DNA of 63,367 nucleotides from a virus (IMGVR_UViG_3300013137_000021:1-63367), one strand, 5' to 3'. Counted from the first letter of the stretch, positions 46,657-56,000 are shown. Notes: generated by a model from the sequence alone, not told the origin. A program made the numbers and translations.

Positions 46657-47799
46657 TTAGCCTGTTGCGGTCCTGTTTGTTTTTATGGGTGACTGTTTGG
46701 GTGACTCTTGTTCCCGTGAAGTGTCTATCATTTGTTCCAAGGCCGCGCGAATCTCCCGTTGAAAAGGGGGAACATATTTCATGGATGTTTTGATGTCTCT
46801 ATGCCCAAGGGCGCCCTTAATCAACAGGACATTGCCGTGGGTGACTTCCGCTACCCGTTTAGCAAAATGGTGTCTGAGATCGTGGAATCGAAAGGGCCGT
46901 TTGATCCTTGCCAATGCCTTAACAATCGCGAAAGATTTCCGAACTTGGAGATATGGCCGTCCGGTCCTCGGGTTTGGGAAATACCATCCATCTTCATTTG
47001 GCTCTATATCATGCAAAGCCTTTCTTACCACTGAGTTCATATATGCCTGATGTGATCGGTTGCCCTTCTGCCGTACATTAATGACACCCGCTATGAAATC
47101 AACCTCGTCGGCTCGTAACCGAAATACATTGGCGGCCCGCATCCCTGTGTAAATGGCTACGGCCAGCATTTCATAAAATCGCGGAGGCGATCCGCCTGTA
47201 AGGCCCTTCGCTGCCAAGAGAATGTCGGCCTCTTCCTTCAATGTGAGTTCCCGCACGAGGGTATTGTCTGGCCGATAGCGATTCACGGCCTCAAAGGGAT
47301 TCGGCAAACGGCCCTTGAGGGAATAATTCCACGCAGCGCAACCCATCTCCAGGTGCCGGTCACAGTTCGCTGGGGCCGCACCGCTCTGTCTTAAAAAGGT
47401 CTGAAAGCGTCTCAAAATATCAGGGGTGATCTCATTACAGAGCCCATCACCACAAAAATCAATAAGCCGCCTGAGATACAAGCGAGCGTGGGCATAGTAA
47501 CGTCTCTTTTCCGCCTTGAGCTTATCCAGGTACGCGTCGGCAACCTGGGCCAACGTCACGATCACCGTCTGTCTGCTTTCCTTGACACCTATGGAGTGCA
47601 ACCATTCCGCATATTCTGTCTGTGCTTCAGAGAGCGTCCGGGCCTGCAATCTGCGGATATAGCGCTTCCCGTCGATGATTCTGCGGAAATAGAACTGCCG
47701 CTCGTCGCTTCTTTTCTCCCCACACAAAGGACAGGCCCCTTTGCGAGCGTCAAAGAGGTTCCGGCAGCCTCTATTTTGGCAGCGTTGAAGGATAGTCAT
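46657..47799 (-). CDS. int: Tyrosine integrase with N-terminal Cys cluster
   Basis: TGMR, FHDLRH, LGH..SMKY catalytic residues; adjacent to attP. Confidence 0.95.
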   Translation of the reverse strand: MTILQRCQNRGCRNLFDARKGACPLCGEKRSDERQFYFRRIIDGKRYIRRLQARTLSEAQTEYAEWLHSIGVKESRQTVIVTLAQVADAYLDKLKAEKRRYYAHARLYLRRLIDFCGDGLCNEITPDILRRFQTFLRQSGAAPANCDRHLEMGCAAWNYSLKGRLPNPFEAVNRYRPDNTLVRELTLKEEADILLAAKGLTGGSPPRFYEMLAVAIYTGMRAANVFRLRADEVDFIAGVINVRQKGNRSHQAYMNSVVRKALHDIEPNEDGWYFPNPRTGRPYLQVRKSFAIVKALARIKRPFRFHDLRHHFAKRVAEVTHGNVLLIKGALGHRDIKTSMKYVPPFQREIRAALEQMIDTSREQESPKQSPIKTNRTATG

Positions 47800-47804
47800 T
47801 TGTC

Positions 47805-48059
47805 TCACTTTGAAAACCGGCTCAACAACACGAAGAATATGATCGTGAGTGCAAGAAGGCTCGCTACCCAATGTTCTTTCAAGTCCTCCCAAAAGGTTGT
47901 TGTTGGTTGATTACCGCATATCATACAGCGAATCGGGTAAAAGGGTAAGGCAACCAGCCATATCCCCCCGGTCACGAGGCAAGCGATAAAGGTGCCGATT
48001 CCGAAGGCCCGCTTATGACCGGTGACCTTCCCGCAATTTTCACATGCATGCATTCGCAT
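47805..48059 (-). CDS. Small membrane protein, CxxC-hydrophobic-CxxC (LITAF-like) plus C-terminal TM
   Basis: CENC..GIGTFIACLVTGGIWLVALPFY..CMIC; GGAGG RBS. Confidence 0.7.
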   Translation of the reverse strand: MRMHACENCGKVTGHKRAFGIGTFIACLVTGGIWLVALPFYPIRCMICGNQPTTTFWEDLKEHWVASLLALTIIFFVLLSRFSK

Positions 48060-48160
48060 CTTGGCCTCCGCGCGTACGCGTACCTCTCTAACGCTCTCCA
48101 CATGCTAGCTTCATGACTTGGCGACACGTGCGTCACGGTGCCCGCCAATCCCGCCCCCCC

Positions 48161-48295
48161 CTACCTCAATATGCTCCAAACGGCAATTGCACAGCCGATT
48201 AATGCGAATATCGCCCGGACGATTAATGCCCCCCTTTGTCGTTTCCATGAAACCGTGACGGGAAAAACAAACATGATAACCACCAGGGACAGCAA
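48161..48295 (-). CDS. Putative 44-aa two-TM peptide (below the ORF-track cut-off)
   Basis: LLSLVVIMFVFPVTVSW-KRQRG-ALIVRAIFALIGCAIAVWSILR; start codon uncertain. Confidence 0.4.
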   Translation of the reverse strand: MLSLVVIMFVFPVTVSWKRQRGALIVRAIFALIGCAIAVWSILR

Positions 48296-48307
48296 TGAAT
48301 ATTCGTT

Positions 48308-48628
48308 TTAAGCCCCCCGCTTTTTACAACGGGCGGAAGCCTGAACCTCGCAAGGTGCGCCCCCTCCGCCCTGCGGCACAGTCTCAGCGCGAATAATCCT
48401 CTCGCCCCACATAAGTTTGGCAGTGTCTACATAGGAAAGCAGTAGCACGTTGCTAATTAACTCAACAGTTTCTGGCCTTACAACCTCAACTCTAGTCCAT
48501 TCACTCTTTTTATTTGCCATATTCTGGGAATTCCACCCAAATTTAGCAAACCAGTCTCTATCAGACATTCCTTCAGGTTTTAGCCCCATAAACCTGTCAT
48601 AAAAGTTGTTTTTTATTTTTTTGTCCAT
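48308..48628 (-). CDS. Probable immunity regulator (leftward gene of the divergent switch)
   Basis: Divergent from the HTH gene across an AT-rich gap; MDKKIKNNFY start. Confidence 0.5.
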   Translation of the reverse strand: MDKKIKNNFYDRFMGLKPEGMSDRDWFAKFGWNSQNMANKKSEWTRVEVVRPETVELISNVLLLSYVDTAKLMWGERIIRAETVPQGGGGAPCEVQASARCKKRGA

Positions 48629-48772
48629 ACGCGCAAAAATAGCTTGCCTTTCGTATAGGCTATAAACTATAAACTGTGAACCATAAGATCCTTCCACGGG
48701 AAGTCCCCTCCGTAGGGCATAGCCTACAGCGGACACATCAGAAAAGTCAAGAGAAAATGCCAAGGGAGAATT

Positions 48773-49009
48773 ATGTCTTCGATAGCTGAACGGTTGGAGG
48801 CCGAGCGGTTGCCGGGTGAAAGCGACAGAGCGTTTGCTAAGAGGGCCGGCCTGAAGTGGGTGACTAGCCTTCAGGACATCCTGGGCGGCAAGGAACCGAG
48901 GGAGCGAACAATAAACAGGCTTATTGAGAACCTTGGGCATGACGCAGCCTATTGGCGTTATGGGATTAACACGCATAACGGGGAGGAAAGATGTCAAACG
49001 ATCTCATAG
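48773..49009 (+). CDS. Cro-like HTH regulator
   Basis: SDRAFAKRAGL..SLQDILGGKEPRERTINRL; GGGAG RBS. Confidence 0.75.
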   Translation: MSSIAERLEAERLPGESDRAFAKRAGLKWVTSLQDILGGKEPRERTINRLIENLGHDAAYWRYGINTHNGEERCQTIS

Positions 49010-49812
49010 TGAAACATTTCGAGGGAAGGCCGATAACGTTTCGCGTTGAGGGTGAAAAGCTCTGCTTGAGCGGCGAAGATATCGGCAAACATCTGGGCTA
49101 CAAGAATCCAGCGGAAGCAGTGAGCCGACTTTTCCGGCTGCACGCTGACGAATTCGATAATGATTGCGCCCAAATGTCAGTTATGAACATTCCGGGTGGA
49201 CCTCCAAGACGGGAACGCGTTTTTACCCTTGATGGCTTGATTCTGCTCTGCATGTTCAGTGAGCAACCTGTTGCAAAGAAATTCCGTCGGTGGCTGCGCA
49301 AGATAGCCAAGGAAGTCATGACCACCGGCCAATACGCTAACCCGCAGCTTCTCAGCATGATCGAGGAGAGCCGCAAGTTTCAAGCCCATTTCCTCGAATC
49401 GCACGTCACTCTGTCCAAGTTAGTTGATTCCATGAAGCATAGCCAGGAATTGCTCCGTCAGGAAATAGAGACCCTGAAAGGCCGACCGTTTCTGCTTTCA
49501 TCGAGTATCGAACTGGACACCCGCGAATGGTACACGGCAGGGCAGTATGTGCGTCAGGTTCTTCGGCCACAAAACTTGCCCAAGAGATTCAATTCAGGGG
49601 GGTCATTTGATGTTTACGCGGCCGAAGAGCACAACAAAATCGTGGGCGGATACCCTCGCCAACGGTCGCGGCGTCACATCGGGAAATTGATGGAATTCGT
49701 ATTCCCGCCTGGAGCGGAGACTTCCATTTTTGTTCGTACCACTTACGAGAAATACAGGCAACTTCAGGCTGAGAGACAGCGGAAGCTACCGTTGAGAATA
49801 GCGACAAAATGA
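48991..49812 (+). CDS. BRO-N domain antirepressor-like protein
   Basis: DIGKHLGYKNP, VFTLDGL, AKKFRRW. Confidence 0.85.
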   Translation: MSNDLIVKHFEGRPITFRVEGEKLCLSGEDIGKHLGYKNPAEAVSRLFRLHADEFDNDCAQMSVMNIPGGPPRRERVFTLDGLILLCMFSEQPVAKKFRRWLRKIAKEVMTTGQYANPQLLSMIEESRKFQAHFLESHVTLSKLVDSMKHSQELLRQEIETLKGRPFLLSSSIELDTREWYTAGQYVRQVLRPQNLPKRFNSGGSFDVYAAEEHNKIVGGYPRQRSRRHIGKLMEFVFPPGAETSIFVRTTYEKYRQLQAERQRKLPLRIATK

Positions 49813-50081
49813 GTTCCATGCTGAGCGAAGCCAGGTGGAGCAGAGCAGAGCAAAGGAACACCAAAATGAGCGACCGCGAACAATCGAACAAGCCGCCTCG
49901 GTTATGGCTACCCCCGATGCTTTTCGCTCTCAAGGGCATGTTTTTCGGCAGGGGCGGGCACTTCCTTTGCCCGGATTGCCGTAACGATGAGGGATGCCGT
50001 GGGTGCCCCGTAAGCTATCGGGACATGGGAAATGGGCCAGAATACTACAGGCATGTGATTCACGGTGGCAAGACAGCATGA
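49809..50081 (+). CDS. Cys-rich hypothetical protein
   Basis: ATGA coupling both sides; CPDC..CRGC. Confidence 0.55.
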   Translation: MSSMLSEARWSRAEQRNTKMSDREQSNKPPRLWLPPMLFALKGMFFGRGGHFLCPDCRNDEGCRGCPVSYRDMGNGPEYYRHVIHGGKTA

Positions 50082-50353
50082 CCAGGTTGGACCTCGTAAA
50101 CGAACTCACCCGCGCCGGGGGCTTGAGCCGTACCAAGTCCTACGACGTGGTGAGACTCCTGTTACAGACGATCAGAGCAGCAATAAAGAATGGCGAGAAT
50201 GTCAACCTCAATGCCTTCGGGCATTGGCACTGGGTAACACTGTTGGGTCGGAAAATTCGCAATCCACTCACGGGCAAAGTCAGGCGCCTGCCGAGTAGGA
50301 GGGTGCTGCGATTCAAGTTAGCCAAGGATATCAGGAAGAAGGACGAGGAATGA
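50078..50353 (+). CDS. HU/IHF-like DNA-binding protein 1
   Basis: GENVNLNAFGHW, RNPLTG, LRFK. Confidence 0.85.
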   Translation: MTRLDLVNELTRAGGLSRTKSYDVVRLLLQTIRAAIKNGENVNLNAFGHWHWVTLLGRKIRNPLTGKVRRLPSRRVLRFKLAKDIRKKDEE

Positions 50354-50655
50354 GCGGCAAGAAAGGCAAGAGGGAACTTATCGACGGGCTGATGCGAGGC
50401 GGACACATGACCGCTATAGAAGCCAGACGAGCCGCCGATCTCTTCCTCGCCTATCTCTATGACACGCTGCTCGCTGGTAAGAGTCTCCGTTTGCCCAAAA
50501 TGGGCACCTTCCGGGTGGTCCGCCGCAAGGCCACGACCGGTGTTAATCCGTATACCCATAAACGCATCCGAATCCCGGCGAAGAGGGCGCTCTCTTGGCG
50601 CACATCTGAATACTTCAAGGACGAACTCAATAAGACGAAAGGTGAAGAGCGATGA
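50350..50655 (+). CDS. HU/IHF-like DNA-binding protein 2
   Basis: LRLPKMGTF, GVNPYT, IPAKR. Confidence 0.85.
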   Translation: MSGKKGKRELIDGLMRGGHMTAIEARRAADLFLAYLYDTLLAGKSLRLPKMGTFRVVRRKATTGVNPYTHKRIRIPAKRALSWRTSEYFKDELNKTKGEER

Positions 50656-50930
50656 GCGCCTTCTCGGTTCCGGGCTTCATCACCGCGGCAGTGGCGGCTC
50701 AACATTTGGGCATCAGCTACGATGCCATGATCCTTTGGCTGAAGGCACGGCGGATTGAGCACTTGAAGATCCGCATCAAGAAGCGTGACACCTGGCTGGT
50801 ATCGGAACTGGATCTTGCGAGGTTCATCACCGAGAACACGGTTGCGAGAAAGGTCGAGGACGAGGAACAGGGCCGGCCGCGCCGAGTCGGCAGACCCTCG
50901 ATAATAAAGATGGAGGCAAAGAGAGGATGA
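50652..50930 (+). CDS. Excisionase-like HTH protein
   Basis: ITAAVAAQHLGIS..WLVSELDLARF. Confidence 0.7.
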   Translation: MSAFSVPGFITAAVAAQHLGISYDAMILWLKARRIEHLKIRIKKRDTWLVSELDLARFITENTVARKVEDEEQGRPRRVGRPSIIKMEAKRG

Positions 50931-51880
50931 GATCACGAAGGAGACGATACGACAGGGGCCGTGGTACGGCAACGGAGAAAGTAGATCTGCCGCCCGAAGA
51001 GACACAGGAGCAGGAGATGGTTTGGATAGAACCGCCTCCTCCTATGCTGGCCGAAGAAGCACCGGTTGAGCAACAACCCCTTGGCCACTGGACGTGTGGG
51101 GTGTGCAGCTACAGTGACGAAGGAAGTGGCGGAGAGGATCCCCGCACTTGTTCATTGAATTTCGTTCCTGCCGAAGAGTTCGAGTTGACATCACCGGCTT
51201 GCGAGGAGTTCGCACCGATCCCGTCCGAGTGTTGCTGCGATAACTGTGCGAATGCCCAAACCGTATGGGTGAGCGACCTTGAAGAGTTACCAGAATGCCA
51301 CGTCACTGATGATTACCAACTCCCCTATGAGACATGCGGGGACTTCATGGGCCACGAGGATGAGAGCAACCGTTCTCTCAAGGGATGGGATCTGACAGAC
51401 GAGATGCCAAATTCGGAGCGGACGAAAGATTTCAGCCTCTATGACATCAAGGACTTTGAGCACGATCTGAATGTCGGTCTCTTCCGAGTATACGATTACC
51501 TTGCCAAGGGCGGCGACGGAGACCCGAATATCACTATCAAACTCACCGATTTTGGAGAACGCATCAAGTCCGGGATTGTGGTTGACCTTCCCCACAAGAT
51601 CAAACTCGCGCCGGGAGCAGTGAAGATAATTCGCGAGAATGGGAAGTTCCGGACGCTTCTATCCGATCAACCCGGTCTATTCGACCCCCGCGAGAAAGTT
51701 CCGCCCAAATGGGAGGGTTGCCAGACGCCAGGCGAAACAACTGAAGACCAGGAAGGAGAGGTTCCGACAGGCGATGCTCCGGCGGGCGAACCCGGAGAGT
51801 ACGAACTGGAAAACGAACAACTTGAATTCGATGGTGAAGAAGCCTCGGAAGAGGTTCCCACCCAAGAAAACGCAGCATGA
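50927..51880 (+). CDS. Acidic, Cys-rich hypothetical protein
   Basis: 317 aa, two Cys clusters, strongly acidic C-terminus. Confidence 0.7.
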   Translation: MRSRRRRYDRGRGTATEKVDLPPEETQEQEMVWIEPPPPMLAEEAPVEQQPLGHWTCGVCSYSDEGSGGEDPRTCSLNFVPAEEFELTSPACEEFAPIPSECCCDNCANAQTVWVSDLEELPECHVTDDYQLPYETCGDFMGHEDESNRSLKGWDLTDEMPNSERTKDFSLYDIKDFEHDLNVGLFRVYDYLAKGGDGDPNITIKLTDFGERIKSGIVVDLPHKIKLAPGAVKIIRENGKFRTLLSDQPGLFDPREKVPPKWEGCQTPGETTEDQEGEVPTGDAPAGEPGEYELENEQLEFDGEEASEEVPTQENAA

Positions 51881-51894
51881 AAGGAGATTATCAA

Positions 51895-52173
51895 ATGACA
51901 AAGACAGAACTAATCGGAGAATTGGCGGAATTATCGGGATGCACAAAGAAGTACGCAACAGAGATGTTTGAGAACTTGCTTCACATCATCAAGAGCAATC
52001 TCGTCGCGGGCCGTCACGTTGACCTGGCGGGCTTCGGGAAATTCGACGTTCATCACATGAGTCAACGCAAGGGCGTCAATCCGCGGACACGCGAACCCAT
52101 GACCGTTCCCCGCAAGAACAAGGTCCGCTTCAAGGCGCACAAGGGTTTGAAAGACGCGGTGAACCCGAAATGA
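51895..52173 (+). CDS. HU-like DNA-binding protein 3
   Basis: MTKTELI, LAGFGKF, GVNPRT, VRFK; AAGGAG RBS. Confidence 0.9.
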   Translation: MTKTELIGELAELSGCTKKYATEMFENLLHIIKSNLVAGRHVDLAGFGKFDVHHMSQRKGVNPRTREPMTVPRKNKVRFKAHKGLKDAVNPK

Positions 52174-53501
52174 GCCTAAGAGTCATCGCATTCAAAGGCG
52201 AAAACTTCAAGAAACTGAAGGCTTGGGACATTGCAGCGGACCCGAATGTGAACGAGATTACCGGCGGGAACGAACAGGGGAAGACGAGCCTGCTGGATGC
52301 CCTTGAAGCCGTGTTCCAGGCTAAGGAAGTCTTGAGGCGTACGCCGGAGCCTATCCGTAAGGGCGAAGAGAAAGCCTACGTCATTGCAGACCTTGGGGAC
52401 CTAGTTGTCACCCGCACATTCACAGCCAAGGGTGAATATCTCAAGGTCGAGAACAAAGATGGCGCGGTTTTCCGCAGCCCTCAAGAGATCCTAAACAAAA
52501 TAACCGGCAAGCTGACATTTGACCCGCTGGCCTTCTCGAATCTGAAGGACAAAGAGCAACTTGAAACACTGCTGGGCCTTGTGGAGATCCCGCTTGACCT
52601 AGAAGCATGGGCAGCGGAGCGGGCAGAGGTTTTTGACGGCCGTACCGTCACGAACCGGGAGATCAAAGCCATTGAGGGGCAGATTCAGGGCATCACGTTC
52701 CCTGATGATACCCCGGACGAGGAGGTTTCCGCGGCGTCAGTATTAATTGAGCAACGAGAAGCCCAGGAGGTGAACGAGAGCAACGCAACGAAGCGGCGCT
52801 TGGCGCACAACGCAAAGGCCGAGTTGGAGCGTCAGGTTGAGGTTCAGGCCGCTTTGCAAAGGGACATCCGAGAGATAGAGCGGGAACTGATTGAAACAAC
52901 GGAGAAATTAGCCTCGGTTGGGGACACCATAACCAAGCTGAAAAACGTCTGCGCAACCCATGACGAGGAATGCGCTGCCCTGGTTGATATTGATTTTGCG
53001 TCCTTCCAAGACCGTATCTCCGAAGTCGAGGCAACAAACTGCAACGTAAGGTTGAAGAAAAGCAAGAGCCAACTCACGGTCAAGTTGACGGAGCAGAAGG
53101 TCGCTGCCGACAACGCTACGGTGAAACTCGGCAGACTAGATCTTGCTCGAGAGCAAGCCCTCAAAGCTGCAAATATGCCGATTGCCGACCTTTCCTTCAA
53201 TGACCACGGTGTGACCTACAAAGGTATCCCTTTCCGCCAGTGCTCGTCTGAAGAACGATTACGGGTCAGCATTGCGATGGGCATGGCGCTGAACTCGAAG
53301 CTTCGCGTGATGTTCATCCGTGACGGCTCGCTTCTCGACGCCAAACACCGCGCCGTTATTCAACAGATGGCCATTGACAACGAGTATCAGCTCTGGATCG
53401 AACGCGTGGACGATAGCGGGAAGGTGGGGCTCTATTTCGAGGACGGAGAAATCGTGAACCAGCCGAAGGTGAAGACCAAAAAGGCGGCAGCAAATGGATG
53501 A
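52170..53501 (+). CDS. SMC/SbcC-like ATPase
   Basis: ENFKKLK, GGNEQGKTS Walker A, central coiled coil, CSSEE signature-like, IRDG. Confidence 0.85.
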   Translation: MSLRVIAFKGENFKKLKAWDIAADPNVNEITGGNEQGKTSLLDALEAVFQAKEVLRRTPEPIRKGEEKAYVIADLGDLVVTRTFTAKGEYLKVENKDGAVFRSPQEILNKITGKLTFDPLAFSNLKDKEQLETLLGLVEIPLDLEAWAAERAEVFDGRTVTNREIKAIEGQIQGITFPDDTPDEEVSAASVLIEQREAQEVNESNATKRRLAHNAKAELERQVEVQAALQRDIREIERELIETTEKLASVGDTITKLKNVCATHDEECAALVDIDFASFQDRISEVEATNCNVRLKKSKSQLTVKLTEQKVAADNATVKLGRLDLAREQALKAANMPIADLSFNDHGVTYKGIPFRQCSSEERLRVSIAMGMALNSKLRVMFIRDGSLLDAKHRAVIQQMAIDNEYQLWIERVDDSGKVGLYFEDGEIVNQPKVKTKKAAANG

Positions 53502-53730
53502 CTGCCGCCTCCATATTACCAGAGAAAAGGACTGTCATGCACGCCAGCTTGGCCCAAAGAACTACCGGCGCACGCCTACGGGGAAACTCAATGTGATGTT
53601 CACGAGTTGCTTCCGACCCGAGCCCTGCCCGCATCTTCTCAGCGATGAGGATCTGATTACGGCGGGCGGGGTGCTCACGTTGAAAAACCGGAGGCCCACG
53701 TGGGGATACGGGAGGCCGAAGAATGGGTGA
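53494..53730 (+). CDS. Hypothetical protein
   Basis: Overlaps both neighbours. Confidence 0.5.
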   Translation: MDDCRLHITREKDCHARQLGPKNYRRTPTGKLNVMFTSCFRPEPCPHLLSDEDLITAGGVLTLKNRRPTWGYGRPKNG

Positions 53731-54538
53731 CACGATGCCCAAGCCCCAAGCGCATATCAGCAAAGTGCTCTCGTTTCTAGATTGTGGCGAGGCGTTCCGG
53801 CGTTCAGAGCGCGGAGAATACATACCGCCGGGGATAGCAATAATCCGGGGCGTGGGCACTCACAAGGGTAATGAATTGGACTTCCAACACAAGATCGCCA
53901 CGGGCGAGTTGCTGCCTCTTGATGCACTGACGGACGGAACGCGAGACGCCGTGAATGAAGTTTGGGATGCGCAAGGCGCCCGCCTGATGCCAGACGAGAA
54001 AACTGTCGGTGAGAAAGAGATCCGGGGCCGGACGGTGGATTCAGCGGTCAGGCTCGTATCAAAATACCACAATGAATTTGCGCCCAATATTGACCCGGCC
54101 CGCGTGGAACGGCCTTGGGTGCTTCACCTGAAGAGTTGCGATTACGATCTTGCCGGCCAGATTGACCTTGATGAAGTCATTTCGGAGCAATTACCGACTG
54201 GCAGAATCACCGATTGGAAGACATCTGCAAAGTCACCTACGGCAGACATGGCGCATCGGAGCATCCAGTTAAGCCTCTATGCGATGGCAAAGAAGGCCCT
54301 TGATGGCGTAATTCCAAAAGTAGCTTTACATTACCTGGTCGATCTCAAGAAGGAACCTAAAATCGTGCCCCTTGAATCAGAGCGCACGGAACGGCATTTC
54401 AGGACGGTTTTCAATCACCTGACGACCGTCTTTGACGCATGGAAGAAGGGCATCTTCATTCCCTGCAATCCGAACTTTTGGAAATGCTCCGATCTTTACT
54501 GTGGGTATCACTCTTCGTGCCGCTATGTTCATCACTAG
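53723..54538 (+). CDS. PD-(D/E)XK exonuclease (RecB/Cas4-like, probable Fe-S)
   Basis: GQID, DWKT, QLSLY; N-terminal Cys plus C-terminal C..C..C. Confidence 0.85.
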   Translation: MGDTMPKPQAHISKVLSFLDCGEAFRRSERGEYIPPGIAIIRGVGTHKGNELDFQHKIATGELLPLDALTDGTRDAVNEVWDAQGARLMPDEKTVGEKEIRGRTVDSAVRLVSKYHNEFAPNIDPARVERPWVLHLKSCDYDLAGQIDLDEVISEQLPTGRITDWKTSAKSPTADMAHRSIQLSLYAMAKKALDGVIPKVALHYLVDLKKEPKIVPLESERTERHFRTVFNHLTTVFDAWKKGIFIPCNPNFWKCSDLYCGYHSSCRYVHH

Positions 54539-54620
54539 AAGGGGGCAGGCGTGAGGATCTCGTGGAAGAATGCCGACCGTTGGTCAGCAAGTAACACACT
54601 AATCATTACTAGGAGAAAAC

Positions 54621-55826
54621 ATGGAAACAGGTGAACGACAGGAAGATACCCTTGGGTCCGCTCTCGTAGCTAGGACTGGTGAGATGGCGGTCACTGCGGG
54701 CGCAGCACGGGCAAAAGCAGAAGTTGAGGCGGCCTATTTGGTGGCAATTAACCGGCCTCGCGATGTTCAAAAGGCGAAACAACGCATTTTGACCGCTTGC
54801 TCAAACTCGACGTTCGCTGAAGAGGCTCTATGGAACCGCATAGTAGGCCGTCAAAAGAACGAGAAGACAGGTCAGTGGGAGGACGCATGGGGTGAGGGAT
54901 TGAATATCCGATTCGCTGAAGAGGCTATCCAAGCGATGGGGAATATACGGCCAGCGAGCGACCTGGTTTATGAGGATGCCGAGACGAAGGTCATCAAGAT
55001 CACGATCACAGATCTCGAAGCAAACGTGAGCTATAGCAAGGATGTGACAATACAAAAGACCGTTGAACGTTCCACGCTCAAGAGGGGGCAAATTGCCCTG
55101 GCGGAACGCACAAATAGTAGAGGCCAAAAGGTATACATCGTCGCCGCTACGGAAATGGACATGCGTAACAAACAGTCCGCGGCTGAATCCATCATCATGA
55201 GGACTAACGGCCTGCGGTTGCTGCCGGCAGACATCAAGGCAGAAGCGCTCAAGGCAATCAAGCAGACCATTCTAGCCAAAGAAAAGGCAGAGCCGGGGGC
55301 CATTGGGAGGTTGCTGAAGAGTTTTGAGGAATTCGGAGCGACCAAAGAACAGCTTGACGAACTCCTGGGTCATGACCTCGCGCAGGTGACAGGAGAGGAG
55401 ATCGTTAAGCTCCGCGGTCTCTACCGGGCAATTAAAGATGGGGAAACGACCTGGAATGAAACAATCAACGCAAAAGTGGATGTCAGGCCCGCCCCTGAAG
55501 AAGGCTCGTTAAGCATGGATGACATCTCGCCGGGTTCAGAATCGGAACATACCGACGTCAAGAAGCCGATGCGCCCAGCAACCGAAGACATCAAACCCGA
55601 AGGGGGTCTCTTCAACCAGTCTGAAGTGAGTGACGAAGATCGCAAGACGCTCCTGAATAGTCTCGTCAAGGCCCTAGTCAAGAAGGGCGTACGTCAAAAG
55701 GCGCGGCAGGATGAGGCCACGGCGGCGATGTGCCAGCACGTTGGAGCGCCGAATGTCCAGGGAATCAAGGGTCTCGATCAATTCAACGCGGCCCTGAACT
55801 GGATTGACGAAACGTGGGGTGAATGA
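54621..55826 (+). CDS. Probable single-strand annealing/recombination protein
   Basis: Follows ATPase and exonuclease; RPRD, GLNIRFAE motifs; AGGAG RBS. Confidence 0.6.
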   Translation: METGERQEDTLGSALVARTGEMAVTAGAARAKAEVEAAYLVAINRPRDVQKAKQRILTACSNSTFAEEALWNRIVGRQKNEKTGQWEDAWGEGLNIRFAEEAIQAMGNIRPASDLVYEDAETKVIKITITDLEANVSYSKDVTIQKTVERSTLKRGQIALAERTNSRGQKVYIVAATEMDMRNKQSAAESIIMRTNGLRLLPADIKAEALKAIKQTILAKEKAEPGAIGRLLKSFEEFGATKEQLDELLGHDLAQVTGEEIVKLRGLYRAIKDGETTWNETINAKVDVRPAPEEGSLSMDDISPGSESEHTDVKKPMRPATEDIKPEGGLFNQSEVSDEDRKTLLNSLVKALVKKGVRQKARQDEATAAMCQHVGAPNVQGIKGLDQFNAALNWIDETWGE

Positions 55827-55832
55827 CCATCT

Positions 55833-55992
55833 TGGGGTTGCCCGCCCGACTGTTGCAGGTGGGGGTCTTCTCACGGGCAACCCCACTATTTCGTATAACC
55901 GGTTTGGTCCCGGCCTGCATCCTACCTAAATGCAGACCATACGTTGAAGCAAATCGTGAAAACCAAACCGACACAGGCCGGGACCACTATTT
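55833..55992. other. Two tandem long-stem inverted repeats, each ending CCACTATTT
   Basis: TGGGGTTGCCCG/CGGGCAACCCCA and TGGTCCCGGCCTG/CAGGCCGGGACCA. Confidence 0.8.
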
Positions 55993-56000
55993 GAAAGGGA

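Larger units (their letters stand above)
46340..46709. promoter_or_regulatory. attP region with integrase arm-type repeats (GGGTGACT)
   Basis: Tandem pairs at about 46432/46444 and 46687/46699 (12-bp period) on either side of the core, plus an inverted copy near 46342. Confidence 0.75.

Noticed and set aside
46580-46660. Intact tRNA gene
   Set aside because: Sequence upstream of the anticodon arm lacks a D arm and a 5' acceptor strand; it is an att core
48629-48997. 229-aa version of the leftward regulator
   Set aside because: The extension overlaps the Cro-like gene on the opposite strand and the promoter gap; ATG 48628 is more plausible
53723-54538. Cas4 as part of a CRISPR system
   Set aside because: Sits in a typical phage ATPase-exonuclease-annealing module with no array or other cas genes
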